Below the pieces are notes generated by a model. That model worked only from the letters and a program-made list of their open reading frames with translations, was not told the DNA's origin and did no database searches. Position numbers and translations under genes: made by a program. Source: Moniliella sp. 'wahieum' (taxonomy: Eukaryota). Taken from it: DNA of 64,000 nt. Positions within the stretch are counted from its first letter, which is position 1. Each line of letters starts with the position of its first letter. Location of the stretch: positions 868,001 through 932,000 of the forward strand of contig RSEE01000003.1 in the NCBI GenBank assembly GCA_003971905.1, written 5' to 3'. Positions 51,126 to 61,450 of this stretch are shown piece by piece.

Positions 51126-54100
51126 ATGGGCTCCCGCTCGCACCAGCATCGTCCCACCCCGCCGCGGCCGCTGACCCTTCCGCGGCTCCTGCCCCTGCCT
51201 CCACTTCGGCTACCCCCGCTCTCCCCCCGCCGCTCCTCCAGCCTCCACGGCCGTGGCCCACAAGCACAGTGACCCCACTCTCGCCCCTCCGCGCCGCCGA
51301 CATGCCAAGGACCCGCCCCCGGACGCCCCAACGTCCTCTGGCAGCAAGATCAAAAACCGCATCATGGCCCTCTTTGAAGCTACCCGCACCGAGGCCACGA
51401 CGTACCCAGTACTTTGAGGCCCGCGCTCGCATTGACCGTTCCTACGCCGACCAGTGTTTGAGCTCAATCGCTGTACGTTTGAGCGACCCTCGTCCGACAC
51501 TAACTCCCAAGCGCCACCTAAATCAGCTTGTTCTCAGTTTCCCGACCGGCCCATCAGCGATTCGTCATTTGCGGTCCATCTGGACGCCGCTGCGCCAGCT
51601 TGATCTGACCGAGGCCAAACAGCACCGGGAGCGTGCCACACAACTGGAAGGAAGAAGTGAAGAATTCAAAATGGATTAGCGCCCAACACCAGCGCCATGG
51701 TGACACTGGTACCCGTATCGAGGACTCCATACTCAAGTACGCTGAGCACCTCGACCATGTTAAACAAGTGCGCCAACGGTACCTAGAGATCTGTCAAAAG
51801 TATGACTATCGCCAAGAAGAGAGCCCCAACCCCCCACACCATGACCTGCAGCCGCTCGACCCTTGTCCTCCTCCCCTCGCCGATCCCCTCCTGCATCCGA
51901 AGCTCGTCCGACAGGAGTTATGCCCGATGCCGAAACTTTGGTCGACGAGGGAGACCCGCGCTCTCGTAACATTTTGGATACCCTCCTCACCAAGGAGGGC
52001 CGTGACTCGGCCCGTCGCGAAGCGGCCAAGAAGACCAATCCGTTCTCTTGGGGTAAGGCCAAGCCGTCCGATTCTGGCATGGGAGCCACTTTGACTTCGT
52101 CTGCCATCGCTCCCACGGCGTTCGGCCTCAATTCCGATACCGCTAGTCTCTCCAATTCGGTCACTTCCCACGCGGCAGGAGAGCGGGGAGGATTGCCCGC
52201 ACGGGGCGGCGGGACTGGGGCGGAATTGCTAGATACACCGCTCATGAGGCAGGCGAAACGGCCCAACAAGGACCGTATCGATACGCTCTACCGCCGCGAG
52301 GTTTCGGAACTGGAGCTCTTTCGTCGGCAGCGGCAAAACGAGCTGATAACAGCCCGCGAGAAGTGCATTCTTTTCCACATTGACTGGGCAATTTCGTCGC
52401 CGCCTTGTGTCGCAGTACCGAACAGACGTCGCTTGACATGCTCTGCTTTCTATACAAAATGAGGCAGACGGGGCTTGAAAACGCCCAGAAGGCATGGATC
52501 GACTTGGTGGGCAGCCAACGCGCCAACCGCAAAGAACCCACATACCCTGTCGATGGTCGCACTCCATGGACGGATGATGACACGGATGCCGCTACGTTCC
52601 AAAGTAAGTTCCCTCAAGATTTGGACGTACCTCCTGTATACTACTCCAATTAGTACGTTTCTTCTTTCTGCTTTGCTGAAGCCCAAAGTACTTACATTAC
52701 CCTAGCTGGCACGGCGAGTATCGTGATTTGCAGTTTGGCGTGCCACTTGCCGACTATGCGTACAACCACAATGCGTTTGATCGACCGCCCGTGATGGTAC
52801 GCAAGTGCCTTGCCTTTCTCAACGAGCACGCGCTTGACACGCCTGGCCTCTACCGCACGGTGGGCAACCGCAAGGCGGTTGAAGCCATGGCTAGCGCAGT
52901 GGAACGAGATGAGCAGGCGTTCCAGTTTTACCCTTCTTCAGACAGTGGTCGTGGCGAGTTTGCTCAAGCTCTACCTACGGCAACTGCCCATTCCACTCGT
53001 TAGTTTGACGGCCAAGACAATCAAAGATTACAAGGAATACCGCTCGGCATCCAATGCTGAGAAGGTGGTTGCCGATTCTCTCAAAGAATCGCGCGATTTG
53101 TATCCTCACCTTACGCTTCTCAAGAAGAAGATTGACGACCTTTTGACTGTGCACAAAGTCACACTCCGCGCCGTCCTGGAGCATCTTGGCCTTGTCGCGG
53201 CCAATGCCGCCAAAACAAAATGGATGCTCACAATCTCGCTCGGATCTTTGGGCCGTGATTATTGGGATCAAGCCTGAAGCCACCAATAAACAGTCTGAAC
53301 GTTCGGATAACGGGTCTTCATATCAATTGCCAATAAACGAGCCGCCCACGGAAGTGGCTTCGAAACACGAGATGGTCAACCTTGATACGGCCAACAACAT
53401 CATGGAAGACATGATCTGCCACACCGAGTTTCTCTTTCCGGCTCTTCCACAATCCCTTGCAACGGCGCTACCGGCCCCTTCTCAGCCCAATGCCCCCTTG
53501 AGTGCCCAAGCACATATTTCCCCACAACCAAGCCGAATCAAAGGCAAACCTCAGCCTGCCCTGTCTGGTTTACCGCCATATGAAGCTCCCACGGGAGGAG
53601 CTGCTACCCCACCCACGGCTGGAGGAGCCGTTGCCGTGACGCAAAGGACCGCCGAATTATTACGCTCTTTCCGTCCCCGCCAATCGAGGGGGACCTTTGG
53701 TGGCCTCGGCCACCGTCGGCCCCGAGTCAAAGCATCTGCTATGTCTGTGCCTTCCAATCGCCGCGCACGGAGGACCCGAAGCACTCATTCGCACGGGGCA
53801 TGCCAAGACGCAATCGTTGCATGAAACTCCAGCCCGCATGATGGCAACCCGGGCGGCGCTCCCTCCGATGGGGGAGAAACCCGTCGATCCTCGGTGGATA
53901 TGATTGGAGAGGCAAAGGTTCGGCCTGCGCATCCCAAGGTGCTGACGCCCCCGTCCCCTCAGTGCAGCGGCAAGCTACCATAACCGATCTATTCACCCAT
54001 CCAACAGCGCACCGACACCACCTTTACTTGAAGGCACCCCGCCTGCCCCGATCCCGGCACCTAGAGTCAGCTCGACGACCCATTTAGTACACGGCGATCC

Positions 54101-54126
54101 CTGCGTTCCTCCCCTCCTGTGCCTAA
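51126..54126 (+). CDS. Rho GTPase-activating protein with probable N-terminal FCH/F-BAR region (Rgd1-like)
   Basis: RhoGAP motifs FGVPL..PVMVRKCLAFL..LDTPGLYR..GN, VASLLKLYLRQLPIPL, LRAVLEHL, M..HNLARIFGP. N-terminal YFEARARIDRSYA..EAKQH fits FCH/F-BAR. Several introns; ends approximate. Confidence 0.8.
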
Positions 54127-55285
54127 GGATGACATTCTGATGACCGTTCCTGAAACGTTTATGCCCCTCAGCCGGGACAAGGGACCTCGTCCATGCAACA
54201 GTCACCCGTCAGGGAAAGCCCCATCTCCCCTTCAGCCCGCCCCGTACGGGGCCTTCATCCGGCGGGTGCTCCGGTTCGTCAGGACACGATGCTTGGTCCA
54301 TGCTGGGGTCAAGCCGGGGTCGGGGGTATCGGGTGGGTCGGGCGGTTCTGCGGTTGCAGAAGTGGGTACGGGTACGGGTACGCGGACGACGGCTTCACCA
54401 CGCAACTCGATGCTGCCTCCCTCAACGTTACCATCCTTGTCATCTCAGCCTCCCCCGTTGCCGCCTTCGTTCCCGATGCCGGCTCCCCCTTCGGGCCCAC
54501 CTTATCGCCGTCAAAATGTGGCCGATTGGCCGGGCGGCCCTGTGGTGGAGCTGCACCCGCCTCGTGTGCCGCCGAGCCTTGTTGGTCGAAGACACGTGGG
54601 CCACAGGCAGCACCGAAGGCACCACCCTCCTTCGTTGTGTCCTGGGTCGAACGACCATGGAATGTGGACCATGTCTCGGACGTCGAGCACGACCCATTCG
54701 ATCGGCCATGAGTTTGGTGTGGGGCCCGCGGCGGGCGGGTGAGCGCGGGATGGGTTCTCCTTTGTTCTTTGTCTCTGTTCTGCGTCCTTGGGGTTGGTTG
54801 GTGGCGGGGGAGTGTTGGACCTCTTGTTTGGATCGCTCCATCTTGGGGGGAAGGAGCCACTACCCTGTTCTTCTTTCCTTCCCCCCTTTTTAACAGCCAC
54901 GATTTCGAACAATGGCTTCATCACGGGAGGGTTGGCTGCGCTGCCTGGTCCATAGCCTCAGAGCAGGCGGGGGGCGAGCAGGGGAGGTAGATCGGGGGCA
55001 GCGACAGACAGACCAGCGAGAGCCAGCGTGGTCTGCCGAAGGAAGGCAGGCCCGTGCGGCTGTTGGGAGCAGCGGGATGGACTGACTACACCTGCACGTG
55101 ACCCACTGGACGGCCTGCTGCGGGCCGAAGCAGGGCGAAACAGGCCCATACTCGCCTCGTGCGGGGTGGGGCAGCAACCCTCGCCCAGGCCGCTCGCCTA
55201 GCGTGCCCCCCAGCGATCGATGAGCTACAGCAACCAGCCGGCTCGGCGCGGCCTTGCTCCTCCCCCACCTCTGCCCCGCCCCGCC

Positions 55286-55910
55286 ATGGCTACCATCGAC
55301 AACGTTACCGCAGCGCTCCACGACGTGCACGTGTCGGAGGAGGTGGCCAACCGCGCCGAGCGCAAGAGCCGCAAAGCGCTCCAGGGCTTGGGCCTGGTGC
55401 GCGTGCCCGGTATTGCGCGCATTGCCATGCGGCGCAACCGCGGCCACCTGTACGTGATCAGCAACCCAGAGGTGTACAAGTCGCCCGTTGCCGACTCGTA
55501 TGTCATCTTTGGCGAGGGCAAGGTCGAGGACCCGAACCAGCAGCAGCTTGCGCTCCAGGCTGCCCAGCAGCAACAGCAGCAGCTCATGCAGATGCAGCAG
55601 GCCGCCGCTGCCGAGGGGGCTGGCGGTGACTTTTCGGCCCAAGCCGAGGCGCTGCTCCCCGATTCCAAGAAACCCGAGGCACCCGAGGATGATGAGGATC
55701 GAGGCCGGGGATGTGAACGAGACCGATATTGAGCTGGTTATGACTCAGGCTCATACGACGCGCAACCGTGCAATCAAGGCGTTGCAAGAGGCAGATGGTG
55801 ACCTGGTATGTTTTCCGTGCGCTCCCCCCCCCCCCCTTCTCCACCTTGGTTTGCTAACGAGGCTTGCTTGTATATGCCAGATCAATGCCATCATGAATGC
55901 CACCGCATAA
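55286..55910 (+). CDS. EGD2: Nascent polypeptide-associated complex alpha subunit
   Basis: [39 protein letters not shown] (NAC domain) and [29 protein letters not shown] (UBA-like). Intron 55806-55880. One frameshift near 55700. Confidence 0.93.
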
Positions 55911-57187
55911 AGTGTCTCCCTCTGGAGAGCACCTTACTTCCCTGGCCCTGTCCCACTGGGTGGCGCCCCTGGCGTGCCCGGCTAGGACCTGTGGCCGTCC
56001 ATGTTCTATGCCACGCAACCCCTTTCATATCGGTCTGTCGAGCTGAACGTTCATTCTGTTACCGCTGTGCTCGCAGTCCGCCCAGCATTTACCCTGACAT
56101 ACTTCCATAGTACCGCTCTACTCCCATCGGCTGGGACTTCCCACACAGGATATGACGTCTCCCTCCCCATCCCCCTCCCAAGCCATACAGGCCCTTTATG
56201 GAAAATGGGGGAAAGAGGACGGGTTGTTCGGTGGAAGTTCCCCACGTCTGTTGAATCAGGACCGAGTGGTCACCGCGGTTGTGGAGAGGCTACAGCAAAG
56301 AGGGACAGCGGGAGACAACTATGGAGAGCCTGAGACGATAGCCCAGGAGTGGCGACCCGGTCACGGAGGTGTGCGGGGCGCAGAAGCTGCTTGGCGATCA
56401 GTGTTTCTATCCCTTTGCGATTCCCCGCATCCCACCCGACTAGTTAGGACCAGCCTGCCCACCTACATGCATCTGGCCAACTTGTCTTGATTGAGAACCT
56501 GAGCTGATTGCGGATATACCTGGCAGGCCCGTCGGGGGGCCAAAGCCATGCCCCCAGTATATATCCCCACCCCCGTACGTCCCATATTCACTCCATCCAC
56601 CACCGCCCGGTCCCGGGCGTGCTTGGGCCCTTGGCCCTCCTTGGGTCGTTCACAGCTTCACAGAGCAAGTCTGAGGCCGCATTCGCCACCCGGCCCAACC
56701 CCGCTGTGGTTATATTGATTGCAGCCGAAGCTGAGTCAGAACGTGCTGAGTGGCGCAATGCGGAGAGAGCAGGCGAGTTACGAAGCTGGCAGCCCGCGTC
56801 GTCGACAATGAGCGACAGAACCCAACGGGGTGGGGGGAGAGGGAGACGGGGCGCAGCCATGCTGTTCGTGTTGAGGATGTCTGCCCAGTCTGTGGCGTAT
56901 CCCCTGGTGCAAGGCAAGTGCGAGCGCAGGTACAGGGGGTTGAACGGTGTTGGACGGGAATGGACACAGGAATTATACAGGTACCCGTGGGGTGGAGTGC
57001 AGCCTGGTGCCGCGCTGGGGTTGGCGGTTAGCGCGTGACGCGTGAGGCGCGAGTGCTGATATTTATAGCAGCCAGCCATGGCTGCAAGTTTAAATCGAGT
57101 TGGTTCGACGTGTTCAACGTTCAACTTGAACCTCCTGGCCGCCACCACCTCGCCCTAGCCCCTGGAGCGCCTCCACTTGTGCTGGGC

Positions 57188-58645
57188 ATGCCGCATGTCG
57201 TGGACGACGCGGAGCCTGGCTCTGCCCGCTCGACCACATCGTCTCAGTCCACCGTCACACTCCTCCCCACCACAGCGCATCCTTTCCCCTTCCACCTCGC
57301 GCGCCGTTGCCAGCCGCACTGCCCCAGCCCCCCTCAGCCTCGATGTGGACCTGCCACCGGTTGAGGAGCCTCGGCTGCCTCCTCCGCCCCCCCGTCCCCG
57401 CCCACAGGAAGGCCGTTCGCACCTCCCCGACCCGGTCAGCTACGGATCCAGTCTTCCCGGCTCGAGCATCTCTAGTTCGCTCCTCGAAACCGATACAGAA
57501 GCCGGGGAGAGCGGACTGACGTTCACGGGCTATTCCACCTTTCCAGTGTCGACGCCGAGTCGTCTGTCATGGGAGGCGCGCGGGCCGAGGGACGGAGAAA
57601 GAAGACCCGGAGAAGAAAACGCCCCCCGGAACCTGGAGTGCCATTTCCGAGCCAACCTGACCCTTCCAAGCCCCTGCGGCCAAGACACTACCGCAAACGC
57701 AAGGCCCAGCGCGGGTTGTCCGCTGGTTCCACCGCTCTGAAGGCATGTTCCTCTTTGCGCTGGCCCAAGTCTTTGTCGCAGCGTGCGTACCGCTCCTCGA
57801 TCTGGTGCAACTTAGTTTTCCCGAGATTGTTCTAGGAGAGATGAGTGTCGCCTCCTTTGGAGCCTTGCTGTTTCTTGTTGTAAGCCGGACCCCTGACCCG
57901 GTCTTGGGCCCTCCGGGGGTCCGTCTACTTCTCTTGCTTCGTGGGGCGCTGGGCGTAGTCACACTCTTTGGTCTGTCCCTCTCGCTCTCCTCGCTTCATA
58001 CCAGCGACACGGTAGCCCTTCTTTTTCTCGCGCCGGCCTTCACCTATTTCTCGGTGCCGCCCTGCTTGGCGAGCCCCTGTTTTTGCGCGAAGTACTGGGG
58101 TAAGTACGACGTTGGCCGGGGTGGTCTTGGTCACACACTTGGTCTTTATTCCATGAAGAGCCCGACCGGATTCCTGGGCTTCCTTGCCCTTGGTCCCTGG
58201 GGCCGTGGACGACGCCTTCAGGTCCCTGGGCCTCGCCTGAGGCGGGGATCGGTCTGGTTCTGCTCAGTACGCTCGGTTTGGCAGCAAGTTACATTACGGT
58301 ACGCAGGATTGGGACGCGTGCTTCGGCGGTTCAGAGCGTATGGTCCTACACCCTTCTAGCCACGGTTGTTCTGCTTCCATCCTTGGTGCTGGAATGCGCC
58401 TGCCCAGCGAAAAGGAAGCCGTCGTGCTCCTCCTCCTGGGCATCTTGACCTTGTCGTCAGAAACACTTATGGCGCTCGCGCTACAGCGCTCCAAGGCGGG
58501 TCGGGCCACCGCTGTTTTGCCCTTCCAATTGCTTTTTGTTCTTCTCATTCAGGCTGTACGCCTGCACCACTTCCCTCCCCTCGGTCTGCTAGGGGGGGCG
58601 CTGATCGTGCTTGGGGCCGGGTTGGTTTCCCTGGTGAAACAGTAA
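57188..58645 (+). CDS. EamA/DMT-superfamily membrane transporter
   Basis: Multiple TM segments; PVLGPPGVRLLLLLRGALG..SDTVALLFLAP and LALQRSKAGRAT..LGGALIV resemble fungal EamA-like transporters. Frameshifted; start approximate. Confidence 0.72.
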
Positions 58646-59399
58646 AACCTGGCCCGTGGATCGAATCGTGACCATCAAATTTTCCATGTGATCGCATGCA
58701 CCTGGCCATCCACTGCATCATTTCTCATCATTTTCAACTTTGTTTTTGCTTCAAGCTTCAAGCTTCCAACGCTCCATCCGCATTCCATTTGCCTGATCGG
58801 TCTGGTCTCTCTGCTCACTGTTACTTTATCTCCTCCATCCAATGGTTCTCCCCCTGCCCCATCCCCTCGGCTCAGCTCTGCCGCAGGACACAATTTGGCC
58901 GTCTGATCCTTTGGCGTTTTCCGGCTCTCTTTGCGTCCCCTCTTGGACTGCTTCATCCCACCCCACACGCCCCTTGGCCACAATTTCGGATTATAGGATT
59001 CAACAAGTGATGCATACGCGGTGGGACATTCCTCCTTCTATAATGTCAATCCATGACTTATGGCCGCCATCAACCGTTTGGCGACGAGACGATCAACCGA
59101 TTCCCTTTTGAGTGATCTACCCAGCCCACGACCAGACAGGGGTAGCTGCCCCCCAGCTCTGAGGGCAACCGCGAGAGACAGGCACGGTCTGCATACGAAG
59201 GTGTATCTCTGTATACACTAAGTACTCAGTGTGAGCTCCTATGTACCGGTTCGCTGCTAACTACGCAGTAGTGACTAGGGATTTCGGGTTTGACGCGAAC
59301 TGGGGCGGACGTAGGAATCGCAGCCCGCACTAAGTAGATTAATTTGCCCCAGGTAAAAGTATTGCTGGGATCAGCGGAAACACCAGCCTCGAAAAAAAA

Positions 59400-59471
59400 T
59401 GCCTCCTAGCCGAATCGAACGACTAATCTTCGCATTACGAGTGCGACGCCTTACCATTGAGCCAAAGAGGC
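59400..59471 (-). tRNA. tRNA-Thr(CGT)
   Basis: Minus strand GCCTCTTTGGCTCAATGGTAAGGCG-TCGCA-CTCGTAA-TGCGA-AGATTAGTCGTTCGATTCGGCTAGGAGGCA folds into a cloverleaf with anticodon CGT, followed by a T8 Pol III terminator (59392-59399). Confidence 0.93.
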
Positions 59472-59738
59472 GTGGATGCTGCACCAGCTCAGCCAAAGTC
59501 AGTTGATGTACAGCTCAGCCTCCCCAACTTTTAATGCCGAAACGAAGGTCGACGGCCTCCTGTCAGTTAATAGGCCGATCTCTCCTGCTTCTCATGGCCT
59601 TGGCATTCCATCCCATTCCGATCGATCTGAGGCATCTTGTCGAACACCAGCCTCATGGAGAGCTGGACCAGCTTGACGATCCTTCTCTTGCTGCCCACAA
59701 AATGAGTAAGGCAAGGCTCATTTCCACAGGCAAAAAAT

Positions 59739-59838
59739 TGTCGTGTCCCGGGATCGAACCGGGGACCTTGAGGAATCCGGAGGATTGGTTATTGAAGCAC
59801 ACTTCAATCTCACGCTCTCCCATCTGAGCTAACCCGAC
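59739..59838 (-). tRNA. tRNA-Phe(GAA) with ~27-nt intron
   Basis: GTCGGGTTAGCTCAGATGGGAGAGCG-TGAGA-TTGAAG-[intron]-CTCAAGGTCCCCGGTTCGATCCCGGGACACGACA with A and B boxes and a T6 terminator. Confidence 0.88.
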
Positions 59839-60067
59839 GTAATGTTTAGGTGGTATCAGTACGGTTCACCCGGCTACCAAGTGACACAGCTCCGTTACTT
59901 GATGCTCCACGTCCTCCGTTTGCCCAGTTGATAATCTGTTCGGTAGAGTGGCTTTCCCGAGTGCGTTTCTACCAGCCTGTCCTCCTTGCCACTCATGGGC
60001 GGCTACCTTTCCACACCGTCTCCCCAAGAGCAGGTCGAGCGCAAGTGCGCAAATCGACCACAGCCAA

Positions 60068-60924
60068 ATGGGCTGAGATTGATGCGCGCTACACGCCCGA
60101 GCAGGTGCGGGAGATGAGCCAGCTAGAACGCGTACGTTCCCCTCATCGATCGTCCTTCTTCCTAATCCCGCCCTCCGGCCCCCACTGCTTACTCCCCGTA
60201 CGGAATATCGGCGATGAGGCTGACTTTGCTGACTGCCTCATGGGACACAGTGCACTGCCGGCCTGCCCTATTTGGCCAATGAGCCGGCCTTGGTGCGGGG
60301 CCGCCTGCGCGCCCGGAGGATCTACCACCGCTTCAACCATTCTCTCCCCAATCCAACGGATCCACCTGACCTTCCTCCCGGGGTGGAGCCGTCCGGGATT
60401 GGAGGCAGCCAGGGCGGTGCGGCAGCCGAGGCGGGCTTGGACGTGATTGGGGCGGAACGACGGGGGATGCTGGCCGAACTGTTCGACGTGGCACCGGAAA
60501 AGATGCAAACGGTGGAGATTGAGCCGCCATTGTGGGTGGACTTTGGGACGAACATCAAGCTGGAGGGTGCGTTTTATGCCAACGGAACACCACCTTTGTC
60601 GATTCGGCCGAGATCCGGATCGGGAGTGGGACGCTGTTTGGGCCAAGTGTGCATGTCTATTCGGGTACCCACTCTATCAGTGCGGCGGAGCGGGCAAAGG
60701 GATGGGAACGCGCGGCACCTGTCAGCATTGGTCGCGATTGTTGGTTGGGCGGCGGCAACACGACGGTCATGCCAGGCGTGACGATTGGGGACAATGTCAC
60801 GATTGGCGCAGGGAGCGTGGTGACGACCGACATTCCTTCCTTTTCCGTCGCGGTTGGTGTGCCGGCCAAGGTGATCAAAACCTTGGCGCCGCATGAGCGC
60901 TCCGTCCCTTCGCCTCCCGCTTAG
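60068..60924 (+). CDS. Maltose/galactoside O-acetyltransferase family protein (hexapeptide-repeat, Maa/LacA-like)
   Basis: PYLANEPALVRGRLRARR, IEPPLWVDFGTNI, IGSGTLFGPSVHVYSGTH, PVSIGRDCWLGG..PGVTIGDNVTIGAGSVVTTDIP..VAVGVPAKVIK. Intron ~60132-60250. Confidence 0.9.
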
Positions 60925-61450
60925 GACAAAAGCAGGCGCGGTGCATCCTCCTCCTTTTCTAGCCTGGGGCTTCTCCCCCCTTGGGTCACTGATCATCTCT
61001 TCTAGATTGTCGAGACGCCCCCAGAGGGGATTAATTGTAGGCGGACTCAACCAACTTGTGCTCATTTTTGCTTCCTCCACCGCCCGGGGGCTCGCGCCTG
61101 GCAAGCAGCGTCTACGCATAAGAGGCCATGTTGGGGTGTGTTGGATTGCGGCGCAGATGGCCACCATGTGCGCGTGGGTTGGCATTGCCAGCATGCCGTA
61201 TGCTCGCCTACATCGACGGTCAGCCCCGCCGTGCTGGTTGGCCGGGGGGTGGTGGCAGGCATGGCTCCTAGAGGGCTCGTAACGCGACACGTGTCGCTTA
61301 CCGGCGCTTACCGCGGAGAGCATCCGATTTCAAATTGCACCACTGAATGTTGAATGTTGTAAGTGAAAGGGTGAAACGTTCAACTGCGCAGCCCTGGTAC
61401 TACTCTGGCCCGGCGAAGCCATGGGATGTCTGCTACATCATACCAGGGCC

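Noticed and set aside
60068..60924. Recent bacterial horizontal transfer of the O-acetyltransferase
   Set aside because: It has a spliceosomal intron and host-like composition, and the family is known in fungi; no evidence without a phylogeny.
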